Below, piece after piece: positions 20,610 to 29,429 of a stretch of 64,000 nt of DNA. Made by a program: the position numbers and the translations under genes. The stretch is taken from contig JBAZSF010000001.1 in assembly GCA_041662525.1 (NCBI GenBank), positions 105,383 through 169,382 of the forward strand. Direction: 5' to 3'. Position 1 is the first letter of the stretch; each line of letters opens with the position of its first letter. Under the pieces are notes generated by a model that was not told the origin of the DNA, ran no database searches, and saw nothing but the letters and a program-made list of their open reading frames with translations. This DNA is from Minisyncoccota bacterium (lineage in GTDB: Bacteria; Patescibacteriota; Minisyncoccia; Phycocordibacterales; UBA9973).

Positions 20610-21047
20610 TTATACTCGTCTTGGCTTCTTAGCTTTTGGTCCATTGTGAGGCACTGGTGTCGCATCTAGTATAGAAGTAATCTCTATACCATGAGCCATA
20701 AAAGCTCTGACAGCAGGTTCCCGGCCGGACCCAACTCCCAAGATAACCACATCAGCATCTTTTACCCCAAGAGCTTCTGCTTTACCGCCAATAATATCCC
20801 CCACTTTTGATGCTGCGAAAGGAGTTCCCTTTTTTGCTCCTCTAAAACCCAAACTTCCAGCACTTGACCAAAATAATGTATTACCTAATTTATCTGAAAA
20901 AAGAACTTTTGTATTATTAAATGTAGCTTCAACGTGTAAAACACCAGAATTGATTTTCTTTTTTGCTGTTTTAGATGAAACTTTTTTTATTTCTTCTGTT
21001 CCAGCTTCCTCTTTATTTACTTCTTTTGTTATTTTATCTTTTGCCAT
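20610..21047 (-). CDS. rpsK: 30S ribosomal protein S11
   Basis: TFNNT, KKGTPFAA, DATPVPHNG. Confidence 0.97.
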   Translation of the reverse strand: MAKDKITKEVNKEEAGTEEIKKVSSKTAKKKINSGVLHVEATFNNTKVLFSDKLGNTLFWSSAGSLGFRGAKKGTPFAASKVGDIIGGKAEALGVKDADVVILGVGSGREPAVRAFMAHGIEITSILDATPVPHNGPKAKKPRRV

Positions 21048-21080
21048 TTTTTATTTTAATTATTCTAGAAACTTTTTACT

Positions 21081-21461
21081 TTATGTCTTACTCTCTTTTC
21101 TCTTTCCTGAAGCCATTGTTTTTCTGACGTTACCTCTGATAGTTCTAGAATTCGTTTTGGTGCGCTGTCCGCGAACAGGCAATCTTTTCATATGACGCAC
21201 TCCTCGATAACTTTTTATGTCTTTTAATCTTTTTATATTGGAAGCTACTTCTCTTTTTAAATTTCCTTCAATTGATATTTTCTCCACAATCAAACGAATA
21301 TTGTTCTCTTCATCTAAAGTCAAATCTTTTGATTTTTTACCATAGTCAATACCGACTTGATCTAGAATTTTACGAGCAGAAGAAATACCAACACCGTATA
21401 GGCAGGTTAAACCAATTTCAAGTCTTTTTTCATTTGGTACTGTAATTCCTAATATTCTCAT
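21081..21461 (-). CDS. rpsM: 30S ribosomal protein S13
   Basis: LPVRGQRTKTNSRT. Confidence 0.97.
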   Translation of the reverse strand: MRILGITVPNEKRLEIGLTCLYGVGISSARKILDQVGIDYGKKSKDLTLDEENNIRLIVEKISIEGNLKREVASNIKRLKDIKSYRGVRHMKRLPVRGQRTKTNSRTIRGNVRKTMASGKRKESKT

Positions 21462-21464
21462 AAA

Positions 21465-21575
21465 TTATTGTTTTTGTTTATGTTTAGGATTAGAGCAAAT
21501 TATCCTTAAATGTCTGGCTCTTTTAACCATTTTACAATTGGCACAAATTTTTTTTACTGCTGATTTTATTTTCAT
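21465..21575 (-). CDS. rpmJ: 50S ribosomal protein L36 (not in ORF track)
   Basis: Manual translation [36 protein letters not shown]; lies between infA and rpsM. Confidence 0.95.
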   Translation of the reverse strand: MKIKSAVKKICANCKMVKRARHLRIICSNPKHKQKQ

Positions 21576-21699
21576 AAAAAATTCTTATTCAAAACAAGAT
21601 AAAAGAAAAACAGGGAAAATACCCTTATTTTTCAATACTATAACTTTCTAAAAACTATAATTGATATAATACACTATTATTAAAAAAATTACAACCTAA

Positions 21700-21933
21700 T
21701 TACAATCTTTTGATTATTCTACCCTTTCCACCATACGGATCGAGTACCATTTCGACTGAATCCCCAATCAAAACTTTAATTCTATGCATGCGCATTTTTC
21801 CCCCGAGGTATGCTAAAATTTCTTTCTCGCCTTCTGTTTTGTCTTCTATTTTAACTCTGAATAAAGTAGACGGCAAAGCCTCAGTGACCACTCCTCGAGC
21901 TGTTGCTATTTTTTCTTTTCTTAAATCACTCAT
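21700..21933 (-). CDS. infA: Translation initiation factor IF-1
   Basis: GVVTEALP, GKMRMHRIKVLIGD, GRIIKR. Confidence 0.95.
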   Translation of the reverse strand: MSDLRKEKIATARGVVTEALPSTLFRVKIEDKTEGEKEILAYLGGKMRMHRIKVLIGDSVEMVLDPYGGKGRIIKRL

Positions 21934-22011
21934 GTATATATTATAACTATAGTAAAATTAGATAAAAGAGTCAATAGAAAATTGTTTAATTTATATCCTG
22001 CGTTAATAAAT

Positions 22012-23265
22012 TTATTTTAAATAATCTACAGTCACTTTTATATTTTTAATTTTACTAGGAAGAGATTGAATCCAGGGAGGATTTAATTTTACAAGAGTAG
22101 AATCAATGTTAGAATACTGTGACAAAATTTGGTTAAAATCTTTTTTTGGTTTATTTAATAAATCAACAGTAAATTTATCTATATCTAGTTTCCAAACTAT
22201 TTTAAGAGCACCTGATAAATTAAAATTTATATTCTTCACACTATCAAATAAAATATTTTCTTTATCAGAGAGAGAGAAAGTTAAATCTTTGATATTTGGT
22301 ATATAAACTTCACTTCCATCATATTTATCAATATTATCTTTTGCAATTTTTTGAGTTAGTTTTTGTTCATTAAAAATGATACCGTAAAGCGTTCCTTTTA
22401 GGGTTAAAACTACAGAACCAAGAGGAGATACTGGACCAATTATAAAATCATCAGTTTTTAAGGATGTAGCATTTTTGTATAATAAAAATCCTGGAATTTG
22501 ATTAGAAATTTCATTAAAAAGTTTATTTTCTAAAATTGTCTTTAATTCACGCTCTATTTCTATTTTTTGTAAGTCACTGACTTGATGAGACTTGCCAATA
22601 ATTCCACCAGCTATGTCCCCCACTGATCTGCCGTAAAACTTTTCATATTTAGTCGTTCCCTTAAAACCAGATATTTTAAAATCAAGCGGGGTACTATTAT
22701 AATCCGCTCCCTCTATCGCCGCATAAATACCGACACTGACTTGTCCTGGAGTACCATTTTTCTTCATACCTGGAATCACCACCCTTGTACTCGTTTTGTA
22801 CATTTTGCCATTAGACCCGTCTAGGCGTGTATCGATCGACAATATTTGAGAAGATGAACTAAATTTATTATAAAGAATAATTGAACCTTTAGCTTTTTCA
22901 TTAAAATCTTTTTCTTCTAAAGAAATAGTCTTTGATGCATCTCCAGAGATATGAGTGAGCTCAAAAGGCAAAACATCAACACCAGCATCAATACTGGCGG
23001 ATAAATTTTTATTTAAAACAATGTTTTTTGTTTTTAAAAATACTGAAACTTCAGCTTTTGAAAACAAAAATGAAAAGGCAAAAAAACAAAATATTATAGA
23101 CACCAATGCTACAAACCAAAGCATGTATCGATATTTATTTTTAGAATGTTTAATTTCTTCATCAACCAAATTAACAGAGCGCTCCATTTTTATTGGTTCT
23201 TTTTTAGGGATATACTTTTTATAGTTTTTTACCCTGACCATGTCTTCTAGGAGGTGTTTAGACAT
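22012..23265 (-). CDS. Single-TM protein with large extracytoplasmic domain (baseplate J-like region)
   Basis: One N-terminal TM; AKGSIILYN, A...GADYN and GDIAGG motifs resemble CPR baseplate-J-like proteins. Confidence 0.5.
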   Translation of the reverse strand: MSKHLLEDMVRVKNYKKYIPKKEPIKMERSVNLVDEEIKHSKNKYRYMLWFVALVSIIFCFFAFSFLFSKAEVSVFLKTKNIVLNKNLSASIDAGVDVLPFELTHISGDASKTISLEEKDFNEKAKGSIILYNKFSSSSQILSIDTRLDGSNGKMYKTSTRVVIPGMKKNGTPGQVSVGIYAAIEGADYNSTPLDFKISGFKGTTKYEKFYGRSVGDIAGGIIGKSHQVSDLQKIEIERELKTILENKLFNEISNQIPGFLLYKNATSLKTDDFIIGPVSPLGSVVLTLKGTLYGIIFNEQKLTQKIAKDNIDKYDGSEVYIPNIKDLTFSLSDKENILFDSVKNINFNLSGALKIVWKLDIDKFTVDLLNKPKKDFNQILSQYSNIDSTLVKLNPPWIQSLPSKIKNIKVTVDYLK

Positions 23266-23267
23266 AA

Positions 23268-24467
23268 TTATGCTTGCCCCGATATAGTGGGGTAAATTAA
23301 AAAACGATTAATGTAAACAGAATCAATAATTAAAAAAGGTTCACGAAATACATTTTCCTTAAATGCTACAATTCCTTCAAGAAATTTTTCATTTAAAAAA
23401 ATAGTTTCAAACTTTGATTCTGTTAAAGTATATTGACTAAATTGTTCAGTTTTAATTGTTTCAGAGAAAAAATCTACTAAATCTTTATCAATAATTATAA
23501 AAATAGTTGATGGAATAGAAATGTCATTCGATAAATTAGCCAAGGAGTCTTGAAATTTCTTCAACCATTCGGTTCTTAATTTATTTAAAATTACTGTGAG
23601 TTTTTTAGCCATGGATTCTTCTGCATGTCCATCTCTAAAAAGAGAAATAAGAGATTCAGCCTCACCCAAGGTACAATTTAAATCTAAGGCAACTCCACGT
23701 GTTAAAAAATTACACCCAAGAGGAAAAGACACCGACTCACGCAAGGTATCCTTTTTTATCATAGATATATCCGTCACTTCTCCACCTATTTCTAATAAAA
23801 GAAAATTTTCTTGTTTTTTATATATATCCCGTACTGTTGTAAAAAAAGACAATAGAAAAGAAGAAAATCTTATTTGTTTAAAATGAAAATATTTACCTAT
23901 TGTATTCTCTATTTTTTTTAATATTTGTTCTCCACTCATAGAAACAAAAATATTCATTTCTAATTCTTTAATTTTTTTATTAAAGAACTCAGACGTTTCG
24001 TAACCATTTAGCATTATTTTAATATTTTTAAGTTCAATCATTCGAATTCTGTTATCAATATTACCATATTTCAATGTATGTTCTTCTTCGAAAAGTTTTA
24101 TTTCTTTTTGTATTAATTCATCAGCCAATTTTTCAGTAAATAAAAAGGGTGTATTTTTCTTTAAATTAATTATTCTTGTTTGAGAAATACACCAAGGAGA
24201 AGATAAAACGCAAAAAGTCTGGGAGGGTGTACCCAAGCCTGCTTTGTAAATTTTTTCAACAACAATATCTAGAGATTTTATTGTAGATAATAAAAAATTA
24301 TCAATATTAATCTTTTCTTCTATTTTTATAAACTCTTTAGTAGAAAAAATTATTTTAGGAATTCCAGAGCTTTGTGCCTCCAAAAGTGCTCCATCTACAG
24401 AAGAGGACCTAATATTAAAAACTAGCACTAACTCACTTTTTTCTTTAAATTTAGAAAAAATACTCAT
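23268..24467 (-). CDS. Degenerate actin-fold FtsA/PilM-like protein
   Basis: LVFNIRSSSV and LLEIGGEVTD phosphate-loop-like motifs, SFPLGCNFL; ATG 24467 is 6 nt after TGtTATAAT. Confidence 0.6.
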   Translation of the reverse strand: MSIFSKFKEKSELVLVFNIRSSSVDGALLEAQSSGIPKIIFSTKEFIKIEEKINIDNFLLSTIKSLDIVVEKIYKAGLGTPSQTFCVLSSPWCISQTRIINLKKNTPFLFTEKLADELIQKEIKLFEEEHTLKYGNIDNRIRMIELKNIKIMLNGYETSEFFNKKIKELEMNIFVSMSGEQILKKIENTIGKYFHFKQIRFSSFLLSFFTTVRDIYKKQENFLLLEIGGEVTDISMIKKDTLRESVSFPLGCNFLTRGVALDLNCTLGEAESLISLFRDGHAEESMAKKLTVILNKLRTEWLKKFQDSLANLSNDISIPSTIFIIIDKDLVDFFSETIKTEQFSQYTLTESKFETIFLNEKFLEGIVAFKENVFREPFLIIDSVYINRFLIYPTISGQA

Positions 24468-24488
24468 GTAATAATTATAACAACAAAC

Positions 24489-24552
24489 GAGGAGCATAAA
24501 CAAGTTTATTTGTTTAATGTCCGAGTGCCGTTGTTATATGGTAATCCATATA
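24489..24552. repeat. 64-nt dispersed upstream repeat, copy 1
   Basis: 58/64 identical to 39623-39686. Confidence 0.9.
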
Positions 24553-24573
24553 GCATAAACAAAAACCAAAAAA

Positions 24574-26214
24574 CTACAGAAGCACAGCTTTTATGCGTCG
24601 TATTCCATGCGCTACTGCCTCTTCTTTTTGAATTTTAAATATACCCAATTCTGAAGTATTGGAAACATGCGGACCACCGCAAAATTCTCTACTAAAATAT
24701 CCAGTTTTTTCATCCCCTATGGAATAAACCTTAACCATATCGCCATATTTTTCATTAAAAGAATGTGTGGCTATTTTTTCTGCATCCACTTTAGACATTT
24801 CCATAAAACCAACTGGTAATTTTTCAGCGATTTTATCATTTACGATTTCTTCTACTTTTTTCTTTTCCTCTTCAGTCATCTTTTGTGAATGGGTAAAATC
24901 AAAACGTAATCGCTCTCCAGTAATATTGCTTCCCTTTTGCATGACATGATTACCGAGCACTTGCCTGAGAGCAGCATTTAATAAATGCGTAGCGGTGTGC
25001 AATTTTTTGGCTTCTTCTCCCCCATCTGCCAATCCTCCCTTAAACATTCCGACCGAAGCTGTTTGAGATAATTTTTGATGATCTGCCATTTTTTTATTAA
25101 AATCATCTAAATCAATTTCTTTTCCTTTTTCTTTCGCTAATTCTTGAGTAAGCTCTATCGGAAAACCATAAGTAGTAAATAAAATAAATGGATCTATCCC
25201 TCTTTCAAATTCTTTTAAACCTTTTGCAAGTGTTTCTCTAAACTTAGTTTCTTCTTTTTCTATTTCTTCTTTGTCATCAAGAATATATACTTCTTTGTAA
25301 ATTTTTTTTATTTTTTCAATTTCTTGTCTTAAAGAATATTTAGAAAATCTAACCGCTCGTCTAATTAATCTTCGAAGAACATATCCTGCACCAGTGTTAG
25401 AGGGAGTAATACCATCTGAAATAATAAAAAGAGCAGCTTTTACATGATCAGCAACAATACGTTCCTCTCTATTTTCTTCATTACTAAAAACGTCAGTACC
25501 ATAAACACTTTTCTTTTTTTGAACAGTGGCAACTAATCGCTCGAAGCCCATCCCTGTATCTATTCCCAAAATATCTAATTTTTTCAAAGTTGCTTCACCT
25601 TTATCTAATTTCTCGCGCGAGCCATCACAAAAATATTCATTAAAAACTATGTTCCAAATTTCAACATCTTGACCGGTATCATTTTTACAATAAATTTCTG
25701 TTGTTGGACCACAGGGACCACAATCTCCCGTAGGCCCCCAAAAAACATCACTGCCCTCTTCACGGATGTCTTTCATCCCTAATTCTTTCCAAATTTTTTC
25801 AGATTCATTATCTCTCGGAACATTTTCACTTCCTTCATAAATTGTGACATACGAAATTTCCAAATTCATTTCTTTAGTAATAAATTCATAAGCGTATTTA
25901 ATTGCCTCTTTTCTTCCATAGCCGCCAAAAGAGAAATTTCCAAGCATTTCAAAAAATGTTAAGTGTGTAGAATCACCAACTTCGTCTATATCTCCAGTAC
26001 GGATACATTTTTGAGCCGTAGTAATATTTCTATTCCCAAAATCTTTATCAGCACTAGCTGGATTAGTATAGTACGGCTTAAACTGTTGCATTCCTGCAGT
26101 CGTAAAAAGCACCGATGGATCATTCTCTGGTACCAGTGAAGCTGAAGGAATTATTTTATGTCCTCTGTTCTCAAAAAATTTTAAAAATTTTAATCTAATT
26201 TCATCTGATTGCAT
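24574..26214 (-). CDS. alaS: Alanine--tRNA ligase, short form lacking C-Ala domain
   Basis: FTTAGMQQFK, HLTFFEMLGNFSFG, HTATHLL, CGGPHV. Confidence 0.95.
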   Translation of the reverse strand: MQSDEIRLKFLKFFENRGHKIIPSASLVPENDPSVLFTTAGMQQFKPYYTNPASADKDFGNRNITTAQKCIRTGDIDEVGDSTHLTFFEMLGNFSFGGYGRKEAIKYAYEFITKEMNLEISYVTIYEGSENVPRDNESEKIWKELGMKDIREEGSDVFWGPTGDCGPCGPTTEIYCKNDTGQDVEIWNIVFNEYFCDGSREKLDKGEATLKKLDILGIDTGMGFERLVATVQKKKSVYGTDVFSNEENREERIVADHVKAALFIISDGITPSNTGAGYVLRRLIRRAVRFSKYSLRQEIEKIKKIYKEVYILDDKEEIEKEETKFRETLAKGLKEFERGIDPFILFTTYGFPIELTQELAKEKGKEIDLDDFNKKMADHQKLSQTASVGMFKGGLADGGEEAKKLHTATHLLNAALRQVLGNHVMQKGSNITGERLRFDFTHSQKMTEEEKKKVEEIVNDKIAEKLPVGFMEMSKVDAEKIATHSFNEKYGDMVKVYSIGDEKTGYFSREFCGGPHVSNTSELGIFKIQKEEAVAHGIRRIKAVLL

Positions 26215-26220
26215 ATATCT

Positions 26221-26691
26221 TTAATTCTTTATTTGATCTATCCCTTCAGAAATTTTCCTAATAGGTTTTTCAATAATATTTATTAAAATCAATATAAGGA
26301 GTACTAATATAGTGACAAAAATAGATAAACTAAAAAATCCAAAACCAGCAGCCATACCAATACCGGCAGTCACCCAAAGCCCACCAGCAGTAGTAAGACC
26401 TCTAAGCTGTGAACCATAAAGCATTATGGAACCAGCTCCTAAGAAACCAATACCTACTACGATTTGGGAAGGGATCATTGTAGGACTTAAACCTGGAAAA
26501 TTTATGTATTTTTGCACCATCGCTTCTGAAATTAATACAAAAACCGCCGAGCCTAAAGAAACAAGGGCATGTGTTTTCATCCCTGCATCCTTATGAACAA
26601 AAAATCTTTCTGCCCCTACCAAGAGTCCCAGCCCTACTGCTACCACTAATTTTAAAATTATTTCACTATTTTGTATAAAAAATTGTTCCAT
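26221..26691 (-). CDS. MgtC/SapB family membrane protein
   Basis: GAER, AGMKTHAL, GIGFLGAG, GLTTAGGLW. Confidence 0.9.
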   Translation of the reverse strand: MEQFFIQNSEIILKLVVAVGLGLLVGAERFFVHKDAGMKTHALVSLGSAVFVLISEAMVQKYINFPGLSPTMIPSQIVVGIGFLGAGSIMLYGSQLRGLTTAGGLWVTAGIGMAAGFGFFSLSIFVTILVLLILILINIIEKPIRKISEGIDQIKN

Positions 26692-26698
26692 AGATTAA

Positions 26699-27889
26699 TC
26701 ATACAACGACTCCACCACCTAAGCAAATATCACCATCATAAATAACACAAGATTGGCCAGAAGCAACCAAAATCGGTTTTTTAAAAAACACTGTTGCCCT
26801 TCGACTACGTTCAGGGCCTTCGGCGACTTTGATTGTACAAGGTAGAAATTCTCCATGATAACGAATTTGCGCTGTGTAAGTTTTATTTGATTCTGGAATC
26901 TTGTTAATCCAATTTATATTTTCTAGATTTATTTTAGAATCAAATTCAACCCCCCTTAATCCCCCCTTATCAGGGGGAAGCTGGGACACATATAAAATAT
27001 TTTTCTTTATATTTTTACCAAATACATAATAAGCCCCATCCGTTGGCATTTTTTTTGTAATGGTAAAACCATGCCTTTCTCCTAGAGTATAAAAAACTAC
27101 TCCATCATGATAGCCGATTTCTTCCCCTTTTTCGTTTAACACTTTACCTTTTTTTTCTTTTATGTAATGTTTCAAAAATTCTTTTAAATCAACTGCTCCT
27201 AAAAAACAAATACCTTGGCTATCTTTTTTTTCTGAAACTGGAAGATTGAATTTTTTAGCAAATTTTCTAACTTCAGTTTTTTTAAAACCTCCAATAGGAA
27301 ATAAAATTTTCTTTAACTGTTCTTGTTTTAGTGTCCATAAAAAATAACTTTGGTCTTTTGTAGGATCATTACCTTTCATTAAAAAACTCAAAGCAGTGCT
27401 TTCTGCGACATTCGCAACCAAAGCTCGGTCAGTCATGTTCAAGATAGAGTGCGAGTCGCAAGAAAGTACCTGATTTGAGTTTTTTGCATAATGTCCTGTA
27501 GCCACAAAAATCTCCGCCGAAGGACGGACAAGCGCACCCAGCAAAAGAGCTTTTTTAAGAAAGGCTCCAAATTTCACCTCTTTATTGCACATCACATCTG
27601 GATTTGGTGTCCTTCCGAGCTTGTATTCTCGAATCATATAATCAGCCACTTCTTTTTTGTACACGTCCTCAAGATCAAAAGTAAGAAATGGGATGTCTAA
27701 AGATGCCGCTACACGCATCGCATCCATCCGTTCTTCTTCTTCATTACAAACTAGAAAATCCGGATGCCAAGTTTTAATAAAAACCCCCACGACTTCATAT
27801 CCTTGTTTTTTAAGCAAAGTAGCCGAAACAGCGCTATCTACACCACCAGACAAACCTACAAAAACTATTTTTTTCTTAATGTTAGTCAT
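26699..27889 (-). CDS. mnmA: tRNA 2-thiouridylase MnmA carrying four in-frame palindromic inserts
   Basis: SGGVDS, TPNPDVMCN, ATGHYA, KDQSYFL, KKDSQGICF, GQSCVIY. Confidence 0.95.
   Translation of the reverse strand: MTNIKKKIVFVGLSGGVDSAVSATLLKKQGYEVVGVFIKTWHPDFLVCNEEEERMDAMRVAASLDIPFLTFDLEDVYKKEVADYMIREYKLGRTPNPDVMCNKEVKFGAFLKKALLLGALVRPSAEIFVATGHYAKNSNQVLSCDSHSILNMTDRALVANVAESTALSFLMKGNDPTKDQSYFLWTLKQEQLKKILFPIGGFKKTEVRKFAKKFNLPVSEKKDSQGICFLGAVDLKEFLKHYIKEKKGKVLNEKGEEIGYHDGVVFYTLGERHGFTITKKMPTDGAYYVFGKNIKKNILYVSQLPPDKGGLRGVEFDSKINLENINWINKIPESNKTYTAQIRYHGEFLPCTIKVAEGPERSRRATVFFKKPILVASGQSCVIYDGDICLGGGVVV
26796..26824 (+). repeat. Family A element in mnmA, antisense to the gene (AEGPERSRRA)
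   Basis: gcccttcgactacgttcagggccttcggc. Confidence 0.8.
26943..26979. repeat. Family D element in mnmA (LPPDKGGLRGVEF)
   Basis: aattcaaccccccttaatccccccttatcagggggaa; near-copy at 45341-45378. Confidence 0.75.
27381..27485. repeat. 105-nt long hairpin in frame in mnmA
   Basis: 12-bp perfect arms aaaaaactcaaa/tttgagtttttt, inner tgcgac/gtcgca. Confidence 0.75.
27513..27528. repeat. Family C element in mnmA (VRPSAE)
   Basis: tccgccgaaggacgga; related to clpB 36896-36914. Confidence 0.6.
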
Positions 27890-27898
27890 AAGATTTTA

Positions 27899-28016
27899 AA
27901 CTATAGAATCAAAAAATTCTCTAAAAAGCCCGCATAATTTTCTGCTGAAAATTTGCTTAGACTTCGGCTCGTCAGCCTCCGTATGACTTTTTATAGAACA
28001 TTTTGATTCTATAGTT
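27899..28016. repeat. Long hairpin element with 16-bp perfect terminal inverted repeat
   Basis: aactatagaatcaaaa...ttttgattctatagtt; core shared with tRNA-Lys trailer. Confidence 0.8.
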
Positions 28017-28536
28017 GCATCAGCTTTTTGTAAAGCTCAAAAGTTGCACGCGCATCCGAGAGAGCACTATGAGGGTGCTTATTTTTTATACCAAAATGCA
28101 AACACAATTCACGTAAAGAAAAATGTTCAAAATCTTTATCTTGATGAAATCCTGCCCAAGCGATAGAGATAGTATCTAGTTTGTGATAATGCATAGTATT
28201 CGCAATTCCTGTTTTATTAAAAACATATTCTAAAAACCCAGCATCAAAAGCAACATTGTGGCCAACCATAATACAACTTTTTACTTTTTTAGAAAAAATT
28301 TCTATTGCTTCTTTTAAACTAATTGCATTTTCCCAATCTTGAATATTGAAATGATTCACTTTAATGGCAGCCGGATCAGCATTTTCAATATGTTCTGGCT
28401 TAATTTTTAATTCAAATTCTTCAATCACTTCTAAAGAAGGTGACGTGAGTACACAGCCGATCTCAATAATCTCATGCTTAAGCAAATTAAGACCAGTAGT
28501 TTCTATATCAATAAAAGCAAAATTGTGTTTTCTCAT
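28009..28536 (-). CDS. DEDDh 3'-5' exonuclease (DnaQ-like)
   Basis: FIDIETTG, VGHNVAFD, HSALSDA. Confidence 0.92.
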   Translation of the reverse strand: MRKHNFAFIDIETTGLNLLKHEIIEIGCVLTSPSLEVIEEFELKIKPEHIENADPAAIKVNHFNIQDWENAISLKEAIEIFSKKVKSCIMVGHNVAFDAGFLEYVFNKTGIANTMHYHKLDTISIAWAGFHQDKDFEHFSLRELCLHFGIKNKHPHSALSDARATFELYKKLMQL

Positions 28537-28541
28537 GATTT

Positions 28542-29420
28542 TTATTTCAGGTATTTTTTTATATTTTGCTTATGTTCAGAAAAAGTTTTTGCATAATATA
28601 TATTACCATCTTTATCATGAAGATAATAAAGATAAGGAGAATTTTGTGGATGAATAGCAGAAAGTATAGCTACAAGACCAGGGTTCCCGATTGGACTCTT
28701 TGGCAATCCTTTTATTTTATAGGTACTAGGAGCAGCATCTACTTGAAGTGGCATCCCTATTGATATTCTTTTCCATAAAATTCCAGAAATGACTTCTCTG
28801 TCTGTATCTCCTTTTGATTCTTTTTCAATAACTGAAGCCATTATAATGATATCTTTTTCAGATTTACCAGATGAAGCAATCTCAGGAAGGACAGGAAGAA
28901 TTTTTTTCTCAAAATTATTACTCATGGATTTTATTACATCTGTTTCATTTGCATTAGTAAAGAAAAAATAAGTATCTGGAAAAAGATATCCCTCTAAGTC
29001 TTTGGCTTTAATCATAAATTCAGTCTTATTAAAATTTTCCAATTTTGAAACAGCAACATCTGCAATTTGATTAATATCAAAACCTTCTGGAATCGTTATC
29101 ACTACAGGCGCAATATTATGCTCGCCTCCAGTAATACGTCTAGCAATTTCAAAAACAGGTAATTTTTTTTCAAATAAATAATTATTAGATATAATATGCT
29201 TTTCTCCCCCATAGATCATCACAAAAGTTTCAAATATCTGTCTTGAATAAATTACATGCTTCTGTTTTAGTTGCAAGGATACTGTTCGTAAATTCATCCC
29301 AGTTTCTATTTTTATAGTGCTATTAACTGGAAAATCGAATGGCGCGCTTAAAAATAATAAGTAAAAAAATATTAAAAATATAATAACACTTAATATATAA
29401 AAAATATTTTTGTTCTGCAT
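28542..29420 (-). CDS. mltG: Endolytic transglycosylase MltG (short form)
   Basis: TIPEG, LEGYLFPDTY, MASVIEKE, MPLQVD, GLPKSPIGNPG. Confidence 0.9.
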   Translation of the reverse strand: MQNKNIFYILSVIIFLIFFYLLFLSAPFDFPVNSTIKIETGMNLRTVSLQLKQKHVIYSRQIFETFVMIYGGEKHIISNNYLFEKKLPVFEIARRITGGEHNIAPVVITIPEGFDINQIADVAVSKLENFNKTEFMIKAKDLEGYLFPDTYFFFTNANETDVIKSMSNNFEKKILPVLPEIASSGKSEKDIIIMASVIEKESKGDTDREVISGILWKRISIGMPLQVDAAPSTYKIKGLPKSPIGNPGLVAILSAIHPQNSPYLYYLHDKDGNIYYAKTFSEHKQNIKKYLK

Positions 29421-29429
29421 CGTTTATGT

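Noticed and set aside
22012-23265. Prophage or contractile injection system
   Set aside because: Only a baseplate-J-like resemblance in a TM protein; no sheath, tube, terminase or integrase genes.
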